A stretch of 64,000 nt of DNA from an uncultured Chloroflexia bacterium (GTDB taxonomy: Bacteria > Chloroflexota > Limnocylindria > Limnocylindrales > CSP1-4). Made by a program: the position numbers and the translations under genes. Below the pieces are notes generated by a model. That model was not told the DNA's origin, searched no databases, and saw nothing but the letters and a program-made list of their open reading frames with translations. The stretch is from assembly GCA_963766735.1 (NCBI GenBank), contig CAVYBU010000003.1, forward strand, positions 256,001 to 320,000, in the 5' to 3' direction. Positions 49,615 through 59,720 of the stretch are shown here, one piece after another (position 1 is the stretch's first letter; each line of letters opens with the position of its first letter).

Positions 49615-50852
49615 GCGGCGGGATCCCTGCAGGTCGGACCAGCCTCCATCCGGGACGGATCATCGACGAGGCGGCACGTCGGGTCATGCTCGGCGCGGCC
49701 CGGCGGATCCGGGTGGGCCGCCTGGCGGTCGTGCTGCCGGACGGCTCCCGCCGCGTCTACGGGGACCGGACATCGCCCGATGCCGCCGAGATCCACGTCC
49801 ACGACACTTCAGCCGCGGCGCGGATGCTTCTGGGCGGCGACATCGGGGCCGGCGAGGCGTACATGGACGGGCTGTGGTCCAGTCCGGACCTGCCGGCGCT
49901 GCTCCGCCTGGCTGCGCTCAACCGGGAGGGCCTGGCGCTGCCGACGGGCTGGTGGCGCCTCCCGCTCAGGCTCCAGAAGACGCTCGCGCACCGGGCGCGG
50001 CGCAACACCCTCGACGGGAGCCGCCGCAACATCGAGGCCCACTACGACCTGGGCAACGACTTCTACCGCCTGTTCCTCGACGAGACCATGGCGTACTCCA
50101 GCGCTGTCTTTGCGTCGCCGGACCAGTCCCTCGCCGACGCCCAGCGCAACAAGTTCAGGGTCATGGCGGAGCGGGCCGGCCTCCGCGGCGGGGAGCACGT
50201 CCTTGAGATCGGCACCGGCTGGGGCGGCTTCGCCCTGTATGCCGCGGGCGAGCTGGGCTGCCGGGTCACGACGATCACGATCTCCCCGGCCCAGCACCAG
50301 CTGGCGACCGAACGGATCGCGGAGGCCGGGCTTGCCGATCGCGTCAGCGTGGAGCTGCGTGACTATCGCGACATCGACGGCACCTACGACGCGATCGTCT
50401 CCATCGAGATGCTGGAGGCCGTCGGCGCCGAGTACTACCCGACGTTCTTCGATGCCTGCGACCGTGCCCTGGTGCCGGGGGGCCGGCTGAGCCTCCAGGT
50501 GATCACGTTCCCGGACGTTGCCTATGAGCCCCAGCGGCGGAGCGCAAACTGGATCCAGACCTACATCTTCCCGGGCGGGCTCCTGCCGTCGCTGGCGGTC
50601 ATCGAGCGCTCGCTCCACGGGACGCGCCTGCTGATCCGGGACGTGGAGGACGTCGCGTCGAGCTACGTCCTCACGCTGCAGGCCTGGCGAGCCGCCTTCC
50701 TCGGGCAGCGGGACGCGGTCCGGGCAATGGGGTTCGACGAGCGCTTCATCCGGATGTGGGACTTCTACCTCGCGATCAGCGAAGCCGGCTTTGCGACCGG
50801 CGTGACCCAGGATCTCCAGATCGTGCTCCAGAAGGGCCGCGGGCTCGGCTGA
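49611..50852 (+). CDS. cyclopropane-fatty-acyl-phospholipid synthase family methyltransferase (UfaM-like)
   Basis: GEAYMDG.W, NIEAHYDLGNDFY, LEIGTGWG, SIEMLEAVG, YIFPGG. Confidence 0.93.
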   Translation: MSGGIPAGRTSLHPGRIIDEAARRVMLGAARRIRVGRLAVVLPDGSRRVYGDRTSPDAAEIHVHDTSAAARMLLGGDIGAGEAYMDGLWSSPDLPALLRLAALNREGLALPTGWWRLPLRLQKTLAHRARRNTLDGSRRNIEAHYDLGNDFYRLFLDETMAYSSAVFASPDQSLADAQRNKFRVMAERAGLRGGEHVLEIGTGWGGFALYAAGELGCRVTTITISPAQHQLATERIAEAGLADRVSVELRDYRDIDGTYDAIVSIEMLEAVGAEYYPTFFDACDRALVPGGRLSLQVITFPDVAYEPQRRSANWIQTYIFPGGLLPSLAVIERSLHGTRLLIRDVEDVASSYVLTLQAWRAAFLGQRDAVRAMGFDERFIRMWDFYLAISEAGFATGVTQDLQIVLQKGRGLG

Positions 50853-51075
50853 GCCGTCGACGGCCTCGCCTGCGGGGTCGATCCGGGCACACGCCGCGAC
50901 GCCCGGATTCGCCCGATCCCGTTCCGTCCAGTAGTCTTGCGCCTCCTCGTGCTCGATGGGCGCTCCGGTCAGCGCCCCGGTCCATACGGCCGTCCGACCC
51001 CGAACCACCTATCACCAGCGCCCTGACCGGGCCCCGCAGAACGTGCGGGAAGGGCCCTCAGGAGCGTTACTCCCC

Positions 51076-52833
51076 ATGTCCTTCGATGCCCTCGGGCTTG
51101 CGCCCGAGCTCCTCCGTGCCGTGTCCGATGAGGGCTACACGGAGCCCACCCCCGTCCAGCGCGAGGCGATCCCCCTCGTCCTCGCCCGCCGCGACATCCT
51201 CGCCGGCGCGCAGACGGGCACCGGCAAGACCGCCGCCTTCGTCCTGCCGATCATCCAGATCCTCCACGAGACCCGCGTCGCGCCGCCGGCCGGCGCCCCC
51301 GCCCCGGCCTCGCCCGCCCTCAACCAGCGCGGCCGCTTCCACCCGTCGCAGCAGGCGTCGCGGTCCACGCCGGCCACCTCGCGGCCGCCGATCCGCGTCC
51401 TCGTCGTGGTCCCGACCCGCGAGCTGTGCATCCAGGTCGAGGAGAGCGTGCGGACCTACGGCGCCCGTCGCCCGATCAAGTCCACGACCGTCTACGGCGG
51501 CGTCGGCTTCGAGCCCCAGGCGGCCAAGCTCCGCGGCGGGCCCGAGATCGTGGTGGCCACGCCCGGCCGCCTCCTGGACCATGTCAGCCAGCGGACCATC
51601 GACCTGTCGCGGGTCGAGATCCTCGTCCTGGACGAGGCGGACCGCCTGCTGGACATGGGCTTCATCCGCGACATCCGCAAGATCATCGCCCTGCTCCCGC
51701 CCAAGCGGCAGAGCCTGCTGTTCAGCGCGACGTTCTCCGATGACGTCCGCCAGCTGGCGGACACCATCCTCCACGACCCGGCGCGCGTCCAGGTCACGCC
51801 GCGGAACACCACCGCGGAGCTGATCGACCAGCTCGTGATCCCCGTGGACCGCGAGCGCAAGCGCGACCTGCTGCGCGAGCTCGTCGCCCTCGGCCGCATC
51901 GACCAGGCGCTCGTCTTCACCCGCACCAAGCACGGCGCGAACCGCCTGGCGGAGCAGCTGGGCAAGGACGGGATCAGCGCGTCCGCGATCCACGGCAACA
52001 AGAGCCAGTCCCAGCGCGTGAAGGCCCTCACCGACTTCAAGGAGGGCCGCGTCGCGATCCTCGTTGCGACCGATGTCGCGGCCCGCGGCCTGGACATCGA
52101 GCAGCTGCCGCACGTCATCAACTACGAGCTGCCCATGGTTCCCGAGGACTACATCCACCGAATCGGTCGGACCGGGCGTGCGGGCACGGACGGCCAGGCG
52201 ATCTCGCTCGTGTGCGTCGACGAGACGCCGCTCCTCCGGGACATCCAGTCGCTGCTGCGTCGCACGATCCCGTCCGAGGTGATCGCGGGCTTCGAGCCGG
52301 ACCGCTCCGTACGCGCCGAGCCGATCCGCCTCCGGTCCACGCCCGCAGAGCGGGCCATGCACGCGGCGGCGCGCGGCGGTGGTCGCGGCGGGGTGCGCGT
52401 GGATCGCGGCGGCGCGACGCAGAACCGTGGCGGGTTTGGCTCTCGCGGCCCGGCGCGTGGCGTGGGCGCGGGTTCCGGTGGCTCCTTCGAGGCCGCCGGT
52501 ACGCGCGGCTCGGGCAGCTCCTTCGGCAACCAGGGTGGATCGCCCTCGCGCGGCGGCGGCTCCGGTGCGCCTCGCGGCCGGCGCCGGCCCGACGCGCGCG
52601 GCAACGGTGCATCGACCCCCGGCAGCAGCATCGGCCGCGTGGTCCCGGGCACGGGCTCCCTGCTTCGGGGGGACGCACGACACGGGTTCGCAGGCGGCCA
52701 CGGCGGCCACAACGGTGCGGGCGGCGGTCACGCGGGCGGCGGCCACAACGCCGCGGGCGGCGGCCACACATCCTCCGGCCAGGCTCGCGCCCTCCCGGGC
52801 GAGCGCCTGCGCAGGCTCGAACCGCGAGGCTGA
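51076..52833 (+). CDS. DEAD-box RNA helicase (RhlE-like)
   Basis: Q motif, [38 protein letters not shown]; Gly/Arg-rich tail. Confidence 0.96.
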   Translation: MSFDALGLAPELLRAVSDEGYTEPTPVQREAIPLVLARRDILAGAQTGTGKTAAFVLPIIQILHETRVAPPAGAPAPASPALNQRGRFHPSQQASRSTPATSRPPIRVLVVVPTRELCIQVEESVRTYGARRPIKSTTVYGGVGFEPQAAKLRGGPEIVVATPGRLLDHVSQRTIDLSRVEILVLDEADRLLDMGFIRDIRKIIALLPPKRQSLLFSATFSDDVRQLADTILHDPARVQVTPRNTTAELIDQLVIPVDRERKRDLLRELVALGRIDQALVFTRTKHGANRLAEQLGKDGISASAIHGNKSQSQRVKALTDFKEGRVAILVATDVAARGLDIEQLPHVINYELPMVPEDYIHRIGRTGRAGTDGQAISLVCVDETPLLRDIQSLLRRTIPSEVIAGFEPDRSVRAEPIRLRSTPAERAMHAAARGGGRGGVRVDRGGATQNRGGFGSRGPARGVGAGSGGSFEAAGTRGSGSSFGNQGGSPSRGGGSGAPRGRRRPDARGNGASTPGSSIGRVVPGTGSLLRGDARHGFAGGHGGHNGAGGGHAGGGHNAAGGGHTSSGQARALPGERLRRLEPRG

Positions 52834-52869
52834 CCCCGGGCCTCATCGCCCGAGCCAGGGACGCGCGTC

Positions 52870-53048
52870 GTGGACGTGACCGACGTCGCCGCGATCGTTT
52901 ATGCGATCGCAACGACGGGCGTGATCGCGTCCGCGTGGCCTTGGTCCTCAACGCGGCCAGTCGGAGCGCTGGGGAGCGCCGGGTCCGGGTCCCTGTCGGG
53001 CTCGTGCTGCTGGTCAGCAGCCTGGCGGTGGCGCTCACGGCGGGGTGA
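52870..53048 (+). pseudogene. internally deleted small membrane-protein gene
   Basis: N-terminal MDVTDVAAIVYAIATTGVIA joined out of frame to C-terminal VALVLNAASRSAGERRVRVPVGLVLLVSSLAVALTAG*. Confidence 0.5.
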
Positions 53049-53201
53049 TCGCCGGGGAGCCGGAGCACCGACCGATTGCCACGCGGCTCGCGTCTGATCT
53101 GCTCGCCCCGTGCCCGGGGACGAGGCGCTTTCCCCTGTAACTTCTCCGGCCCCGTCGCGTCAACGTCTGTGTACGTCGTTGCGCATCCGGAGTGGTCGAT
53201 C

Positions 53202-54377
53202 ATGACAACCGAGGCGAGATCCCGGGGCTTGAGCTCTGGGCTGGCCCTGTCCGTGGCACTGGCAATCGCTGCCTGCACGTCCGGCGGCTCGGGCAGCAAT
53301 CCCCCGTCCGCGCCCCCGTCCGCGCCCTTGTCCGCGCCCTCGTCCGCGCCCACCGCCGTCCCGACCGCCGATCCCTTCGCCGGACTCCCGTACCGGATGA
53401 ACCTGCCGGCCGACTGGATTGTCCTCGGCTCGCCCGGGTACGACGCGTCGCTGGACACCTCGCCCGACGTGGTGGCCTGGCTGAAGGGCCTCGACCTCGA
53501 CGGCCAGTACGCGTTCCGCGCGTACGAGCCCCTGCCGGGTGCCGCCGGCCTGCGGGTTGCCATCAACCCCCTGCAGGCCTGGAACCCGTCGCCCCTCCAG
53601 GACGAGGGAGCGGTCGCGGCGCTCCCCGGCGTGACCGGCACGGTCTCCAGCGACGTGCTGGCGACCGGCGCCAACTGGAAGGCGTTCGGCTACCGGTGGG
53701 AGGAGACGATCGACTGGGGCGACGGATCCCCGTCCGCCCGCACCTGCATCGGCTACTTCGTGATGGTGGACAACCCGGTCAACGTGGTCTTCTGCCATCC
53801 CGCTGGGGCTGACCGCCAGGCTGAGATCGATGCCCTCGTGAGCACCTTCGAGGTGCTCGGCAGCCCGGTCTTCAGCCTGCCCCCGGGCGAGACGCCCACG
53901 CCTTCGCCCACCCCGTACGACAAGTACGGTTCACCCGAGCCGGTGCCAACGTTCCACGCCGACCTCCAGATGGAGGCGCTCCTGCCGGATACCCTCGGCG
54001 GGCGGCCCGTCGACAAGGAGTCGCGAACGGGTGTCGACCTGGGCATGGGCGGCGAGGATCCCATCCTGAAGGCATTCGGCAAGAGCCCTGCCGACTTCGC
54101 GAGCGCCACCGGCAACGTCATGCCGACCGAGGACCAGCCCGCGGCGACCCTCAGTGTCATTCGGCTCCGCGGCGTCCCGGGCGACCAGCTCCTGGCCTTC
54201 CAGCTCGAGCAGATGCCCGACGCCAAGGTGTCCACGGTATCCCTGGGGGGCCACGATGTGACGTACGTGGAGTACGGGGCATGGCCCTTCTGGATGTACG
54301 CGACCGGAGACCTCATGTACGGCGTCGGGCTCGCGGGCGAGGCGGCGGCCGCGGAGGTCTTCGCCGCGCTTCCCTAG
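53202..54377 (+). CDS. putative lipoprotein
   Basis: lipobox-like IAAC, PSAP linker, two soluble domains. Confidence 0.8.
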   Translation: MTTEARSRGLSSGLALSVALAIAACTSGGSGSNPPSAPPSAPLSAPSSAPTAVPTADPFAGLPYRMNLPADWIVLGSPGYDASLDTSPDVVAWLKGLDLDGQYAFRAYEPLPGAAGLRVAINPLQAWNPSPLQDEGAVAALPGVTGTVSSDVLATGANWKAFGYRWEETIDWGDGSPSARTCIGYFVMVDNPVNVVFCHPAGADRQAEIDALVSTFEVLGSPVFSLPPGETPTPSPTPYDKYGSPEPVPTFHADLQMEALLPDTLGGRPVDKESRTGVDLGMGGEDPILKAFGKSPADFASATGNVMPTEDQPAATLSVIRLRGVPGDQLLAFQLEQMPDAKVSTVSLGGHDVTYVEYGAWPFWMYATGDLMYGVGLAGEAAAAEVFAALP

Positions 54378-54671
54378 CGCTCGGGCGTGGCCGCGAGGCT
54401 GTCCTGGATCCGGTGGCGCAGCTCGATGCAGGCCCGCAGCTCCTCGGTAGACAGCACGCTCGTCCAGGTAGTCTCTATGCGACGGACGATCGTGCGGACC
54501 CGGTGGACCACATCGAGCCCGGCCGTCGAGGGTCCCTCCTCGGCGCCCGTTTCGGTTCCCCGGCCATCCTCGGGGAGCTGGAACGCCGCCTCTGGCAGCC
54601 GTCGCCGGTCGGACGGCACGACGTAGGATTGTGTGCGTGCCCACCTCGTACCTGTATCGGAGGACGGCGAC

Positions 54672-56117
54672 GTGACGCTGCCGCTCGAGACCCCTCGATG
54701 GGACCGCATGGCCCCGGCCACGGCGGCTCGCCTGGAGGAAGCCGCATTCGGGATCCTCGAGCGGACCGGGGTGGAGATCCCGGTTCCTGAGGCGCTCGAC
54801 CTCCTGCGCCGCGGTGGCGCCGCCGTCGATGGGTCGCGCGTGCGCTTCCCGGAGCGCCTCGTCAGGTGGGCCATCGACACGACGCCCAAGCAGGTCACCC
54901 TCCACGACCGCGAGGGTCGTCCCGCTATCCGCCTCGGTGGGCGCAGCCACTTCTTCGGGACTGGTTCTGACTGCCTGAACGTCCTCGACCACCGGACGGG
55001 CGAGCACCGCCGCGCCACGTCCGCAGACCTGCTGGAGGGCCTGACGCTCGCCGACGCCCTGCCCAACATCGACTTCGTGATGTCGATGTTCCTCCCCGAG
55101 GACGTTGACCAGACCCTCGCCGACCGGCACCAGGCCGCGGAGCTGCTCGCCCGCACGCGCAAGCCCATCGTGCTGGTGACCTACAACGTTGCCGGCATGC
55201 TCGATGGGCTCGAGATGGCCGAGATCGTGGCCGGTGGCCGCGAGGCCCTTGCGGCGCGGCCCCAGCTCGGCGTCTACATCAACGTCACCCGAGGCCTCCT
55301 GTTCAACGAGGATTCGGTCCACAAGCTCTTCGCCTGCGCCGAGCGCGGCGTCCCCGCCCTGTGGATTCCGGTCACCTCGGGTGGGACGACCGGCCCCATC
55401 ACCCTCGCCGGCACGATGGCGATCAACACCGCGGGCGTCCTGGCCGGCCTCGTGATCGCGCAGCTGGTCCGCGAGGGCACCCCCGTCATCGTGCCGGCCA
55501 TGGGCGGCGATTCGCTCGACCTTCGGACGATGGTCGACCCGTACGCCGGCCCGGAGCCGCGTGGCGTTGCGGCCTCGCTGGCGCACCGCTGGGGCCTTCC
55601 CATGTTCAGCCTTGCCGGCAGCGATTCGAAGACTGTCGACGAGCAGTCGGCGGCCGAGGCGGGCATGAGCATGCTCACCGAAGCCCTGGCGGGCGGGCAC
55701 CTGATCCACGATTGCGGGTACCTCGAGTCGGGTCTCACGGGTTCCCTGGTCCAGCTCGCGATCTGCGACGAGCTGGCCGGCTGGATCAACGCCGTCATCC
55801 GCCCGGTGGACGTCTCGGACGAGGAGCTGGCGCTGGACCTTGTCGAGGCCCACGGCGTCGATGGCTCCTATCTGGACGTCGACCACACGTTCGCCCACTA
55901 CCGTGAGCGGTGGTACCCAACCCTCATCGACCGCCGCGCGTACCCGGCGTGGCGTGCCGGCGGCTCGACGACGATGGCCCAGCGGGCCGCGGATCGCGTG
56001 GAGAAGCTGCTGGCGAGCCACGCCCCGACCCCGCTCCCCGCCGACGTGGAGGCGGCAGTGCGCGCCGTCGTCGATCGCGCCGGGACTGCCGCTGCCGAGG
56101 GGTCGGGCAGCTCCTAG
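54672..56117 (+). CDS. trimethylamine methyltransferase (MttB) superfamily protein, non-pyrrolysine
   Basis: ILERTGV, GGTTGPITLAG, DSKTVDEQSAAE, HDCGYLESGLTGS; GGAGG RBS; no in-frame TAG. Confidence 0.9.
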   Translation: MTLPLETPRWDRMAPATAARLEEAAFGILERTGVEIPVPEALDLLRRGGAAVDGSRVRFPERLVRWAIDTTPKQVTLHDREGRPAIRLGGRSHFFGTGSDCLNVLDHRTGEHRRATSADLLEGLTLADALPNIDFVMSMFLPEDVDQTLADRHQAAELLARTRKPIVLVTYNVAGMLDGLEMAEIVAGGREALAARPQLGVYINVTRGLLFNEDSVHKLFACAERGVPALWIPVTSGGTTGPITLAGTMAINTAGVLAGLVIAQLVREGTPVIVPAMGGDSLDLRTMVDPYAGPEPRGVAASLAHRWGLPMFSLAGSDSKTVDEQSAAEAGMSMLTEALAGGHLIHDCGYLESGLTGSLVQLAICDELAGWINAVIRPVDVSDEELALDLVEAHGVDGSYLDVDHTFAHYRERWYPTLIDRRAYPAWRAGGSTTMAQRAADRVEKLLASHAPTPLPADVEAAVRAVVDRAGTAAAEGSGSS

Positions 56118-56171
56118 CGGAGCGTCGGGACGGCGCCCGTGGAGCCCGGAGCCCCGTCACTCCGGGATGCG

Positions 56172-56204
56172 GACAAGCCGCCCGGGGGTCCCGAGCGGCT
56201 TGTC
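56172..56204. terminator. hairpin between convergent genes (possible bidirectional terminator)
   Basis: gacaagccgc...gcggcttgtc inverted repeat; no U-tract. Confidence 0.6.
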
Positions 56205-56247
56205 GATTGCCGGTGCAGTGCAGGCCAGGGCGCGGCCGCCGGTTCGC

Positions 56248-56799
56248 TCAGTCCTTGAACTTGAGGGCGCCTCCGTCAAAGGTGCTGACCATCGAGACCA
56301 TCAGGCCATCGTCGGTGATGTAGGCGTCCGAGCCCTGGTAGGGCTCAGCCAGGAACTCGGCATCGGCCTCCCACGTCACGGCCAGGGTGCCTCCGGTCAC
56401 CTGTCGCGAGATCTCCGTGAACGTGATCCCGCACAGCCCGCCGTCGTCGGGCGGCAGGACGAACCCGGCGAACAGCGCCGCAGTGTCTTCGCGGCCTGTG
56501 ACGACCGTTCCGCCCGGCAAGCGGATCTCGTAGCTGTCCGGGTACTGCTGCATCAGGCCCTTCCAGTCACAGCTGTTGAGGGCTTTGATGTGCTGGTCGA
56601 GCACAGCGTCCGGCGTCTTCTCACGCACCAGCTTGTCCGACAACTCCGCGGGATTGTTGGGGTTCGCGACCGTCATCGCCGTGTACTTGGCCGAGTTGGA
56701 GTTCCATCCCGGTACGGCCTTGCCGTTTCCGGCGTACGTCATCGCCGCGCCGGCGAGAAGCACGATGGTGACGAGCGCCACGAATCCGATCCTGCGCAT
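56248..56799 (-). CDS. secreted SnoaL/NTF2-like protein
   Basis: signal peptide, HIKALNSCDW..LM.QY, GSDAY; GGAGG RBS. Confidence 0.8.
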   Translation of the reverse strand: MRRIGFVALVTIVLLAGAAMTYAGNGKAVPGWNSNSAKYTAMTVANPNNPAELSDKLVREKTPDAVLDQHIKALNSCDWKGLMQQYPDSYEIRLPGGTVVTGREDTAALFAGFVLPPDDGGLCGITFTEISRQVTGGTLAVTWEADAEFLAEPYQGSDAYITDDGLMVSMVSTFDGGALKFKD

Positions 56800-57144
56800 G
56801 TCGCTTCCTCCATGGGGTGGCCAGGCGGGTCGGTCTCGCCAGTGGCTCGGCGCGGTCCCGGCGGCCGGGGTTTGGACCGCGTGTCATCGCCTCCCGCAGC
56901 GCGGTCAGCATGACAGGGTAGGTGCCCGTTGACAAGGATCACCGATTCTCGATTCTCGATTATTCGTGGTTCGCACGCCGGCGGCCGGGCTCCGGCCCGC
57001 TCTCTTGGCGAACCTGGGCGGCTCTCAACCTGGCGGGGCGGGCGGAGCGGGCTGCAGGCCCGTATCCGGACCGGGGGGCAGGACCAGCAGCGTGATCGTC
57101 GCCAGGATGAGCACGACCAGCAGGCCAATCGGCAACCGGTGGGC

Positions 57145-57714
57145 CTACGGGCCGATGGGGATCCCCGGGCACGGGGCCACCGAAGCCGGCCGGTGCGGTG
57201 CCATCTCGGCGAATGCCTCGAGAAAGGCCCGCCATGCGTCGAGCCCGCCGGCGGCCTCGAACGCCGCCTGCGCATCGGGCGCGTCGGGCACGCCCTTGGC
57301 GACGTCGACGTGGGCGAGCATCTTGGTCTCCACGGCGACGAAGATGCGGTCCATCTCGGCCATCGTGCGGGCGGCCGGCGGCCAGCCGGCGGCGTAGGCG
57401 ATCTGCTGGCGCGCGGTCTCGAGCTCGTTGTTGATCTTGCCCTGGAGCCCCGCGGCCGTCGCGTCGTCGCCGGCGTCGGCCGCCGCCTGGAGCTGCTGCA
57501 CGGCGTCGGTCAAGTCGGCGGTTTCCAGGTTGCCGACGACGCGGAACATCGTCCCCCAAGCGGAGCAGAACGCCGTCGCGTATTCGTCGAAGCTGGTCGC
57601 CCCCGCCGGGCTCGGGCTGGCCGCCGGGCTCGGGCTGGCAGCCGAGGCGCCACAGGCGACCGCCGATGTGGCTATCACGATCGAGAGGATGGTCCCCGCC
57701 AGACGGTGGTGCAT
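57145..57714 (-). CDS. putative helical lipoprotein
   Basis: AGGAGG RBS, lipobox-like AVAC, ASPSP linker. Confidence 0.78.
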   Translation of the reverse strand: MHHRLAGTILSIVIATSAVACGASAASPSPAASPSPAGATSFDEYATAFCSAWGTMFRVVGNLETADLTDAVQQLQAAADAGDDATAAGLQGKINNELETARQQIAYAAGWPPAARTMAEMDRIFVAVETKMLAHVDVAKGVPDAPDAQAAFEAAGGLDAWRAFLEAFAEMAPHRPASVAPCPGIPIGP

Positions 57715-57808
57715 CTCGTGCCTCCTGCCCACGTCAACTCCGAGCTCGACTGGGAGACGCGCCAAGCCCGCGGGTGTGACACGACGCCCCGGCACGTCGC
57801 GGCCGCGT

Positions 57809-59185
57809 CTACGGGGGCGCCAGGATCGACGGGTCAAGGAGCTCCGCCCGAGTCAGCGTCTCTCCAGCTCCGAAGCCGCCGATGAGCAGGATCCGGCCGT
57901 CCGGGAGCTGGGTCGCGGTGTGCACGTTCCGGGGGTCAATCGGGGATCCAGCCCTGCTGAACGCGCCCTCCCCCGGATCGAAGACCTGCGTCCCCGTGTC
58001 CTCCTCGTCGAAGATGCTGCCGATCAGCAGGACCCGGCCGTCGGCGAGCATCGCTGCCGTGTGGCTACCGAGCTGGCTCGCCGACAAGCCGACAACGGCG
58101 AAGGATCGAGAGCCCGGATCCCACACCTCCGCGGCCCGCACCGGCTGCCCGTCACCGCCGACGCCGCCGACCACCAGGACGCGCCCGTCTCGCAGCACGG
58201 TTGCCGTGTGCCCCGTGCGCGCATTGAACGCCACACCGGCCGGCTCGAACGCCAGGGTGCGGGGGTTCCAGAGCTCGGCTGTGGGCGCGTTGCTGCGGTG
58301 GCCCACCCCATTCGGCGTGTACCCGCCGATCACGAGGACGCGACCGTCGGGCAGCAGGGTCGAGGTGTGGACGGACCGCGGAGCGATGAGCGTCCCGGCG
58401 CCGCTGAACGCGCCAGTGGCGGGGTTCCAGACCTCGGCACCGGACTCGCCGATGATGAGCACATCGCCGCTGTCGAGCAGCGTCGCCGTGTGATGGCTAC
58501 GGCCCTCCGACATCGCCCCTGCGCGACTGAATGTCCGGCTGGCGGGATCCCAGATCTCGACGCTTGGCTGGGCCTCCGGCGCGGAATTCGATGGCCCCAG
58601 CACCACCCGGCCGCCGGTCACCAGGACCCGCCCGTCCGCCAGCGCCGTTGCGGTGTGAGACAGCCGTCCCCGGATCAGCTCGCCAGCCGGCTGGAAGCAT
58701 CGACAGGCTGGGTCCCAGAGCTCGGCAGAGGGGAAGCTGAAGGCGTCAGGAGGCCTCGGATCCATTCCCCCGACGACGAGCACACAGCCTCCCGGCAGGA
58801 GCGAGGCGGTGTGCCATATCCGCCCCTGTGCGAGCGCACCGGCCGGGACCGCCGCGGCGCCGCCGGGCGCCGGCTCGTCGGGCGGGGAACCGAGGGGACA
58901 TCCCAGCGCCGGGACGACGGCCGGGAGCTTCCCCTCCGGCTGCGAGCCGACGACCAGCATCCCGGCGACGAGTGCGGTGAGCAGGGCGGTTAGCAGCAGC
59001 ACCCAGGCGACGCGGGGGACGGCAACCGGGCGCCAGCCGACGATCGCGCCAGGCCCGTGCCGGCGTGGCTTCGCCGCGGCGATCCGGTGGGCGAGCTGCG
59101 CCGGGTCGAGATCGGACGAGACACGTCCGACGTAGCCGTGGACGGCGGTGTGGAGCTGGGCCTCGAAAGCGTCGCGCTCAGTCAT
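57809..59185 (-). CDS. Kelch/galactose-oxidase-repeat membrane protein, putative anti-sigma factor (complete copy)
   Basis: short N-terminal domain, one TM, repeated R..HTAT.L.DGRVL..GG; overlaps the sigma gene stop. Confidence 0.88.
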   Translation of the reverse strand: MTERDAFEAQLHTAVHGYVGRVSSDLDPAQLAHRIAAAKPRRHGPGAIVGWRPVAVPRVAWVLLLTALLTALVAGMLVVGSQPEGKLPAVVPALGCPLGSPPDEPAPGGAAAVPAGALAQGRIWHTASLLPGGCVLVVGGMDPRPPDAFSFPSAELWDPACRCFQPAGELIRGRLSHTATALADGRVLVTGGRVVLGPSNSAPEAQPSVEIWDPASRTFSRAGAMSEGRSHHTATLLDSGDVLIIGESGAEVWNPATGAFSGAGTLIAPRSVHTSTLLPDGRVLVIGGYTPNGVGHRSNAPTAELWNPRTLAFEPAGVAFNARTGHTATVLRDGRVLVVGGVGGDGQPVRAAEVWDPGSRSFAVVGLSASQLGSHTAAMLADGRVLLIGSIFDEEDTGTQVFDPGEGAFSRAGSPIDPRNVHTATQLPDGRILLIGGFGAGETLTRAELLDPSILAPP

Positions 59186-59720
59186 CGCCGAGCTCCTTCC
59201 GGAGGCCGTCGAGCAGCCGGGACAGACGCGTCCGCACGCCCGACGGGGAGATACCGAGGATCGGCGCCAGCTCCGACGAGTCGAGGTCGGCCGCGTAGCG
59301 CATAGCGACGAGCGCCCGCTCATCCGGCTTCAGGCGAGCGAGCGCGTTCGCGAGGTCCACAGAGTCGATCCCGATCGCGGTGTCGGCCCCGGTGGACCGG
59401 TCGGTGGCGACCTTCAGCTCCACGACCCCGTGCCGATGCTCGCGCCTGACGAGCTTGCGGGCCTCGTTGGCGGCGACCGCCACCAGCCAGGCCTTGAGCC
59501 GGTCGGGGTCGCGCAGCGATCTGAGCTTGCGCCAGGCGATCCACCAGGCGGCCTGCGCGGCGTCCTCGGCGAGGCCCTCGTCGCCACAGATGACGTAGGC
59601 GACCCGGACCAGGTCCAGGTGGTAGGCGGCGACGATCCGGGCGAAGGCGAGCTCGTCACCCGCGATGGCACGCTCCACCGTGGTCGCGATCGCAGCGCTG
59701 TCGAGGGCGAGGCTCGTCAT
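59178..59720 (-). CDS. ECF RNA polymerase sigma factor (copy 1)
   Basis: GDELAF, AEDAAQ..W..AW, WL..VAANEAR, region 4 GISPSGVRTRLSR. Confidence 0.92.
   Translation of the reverse strand: MTSLALDSAAIATTVERAIAGDELAFARIVAAYHLDLVRVAYVICGDEGLAEDAAQAAWWIAWRKLRSLRDPDRLKAWLVAVAANEARKLVRREHRHGVVELKVATDRSTGADTAIGIDSVDLANALARLKPDERALVAMRYAADLDSSELAPILGISPSGVRTRLSRLLDGLRKELGDD

Noticed and set aside
54672-57147. Pyrrolysine recoding suggested by MttB and a nearby TAG
   Set aside because: MttB has no in-frame amber codon, and no pyl genes or tRNA-Pyl are visible
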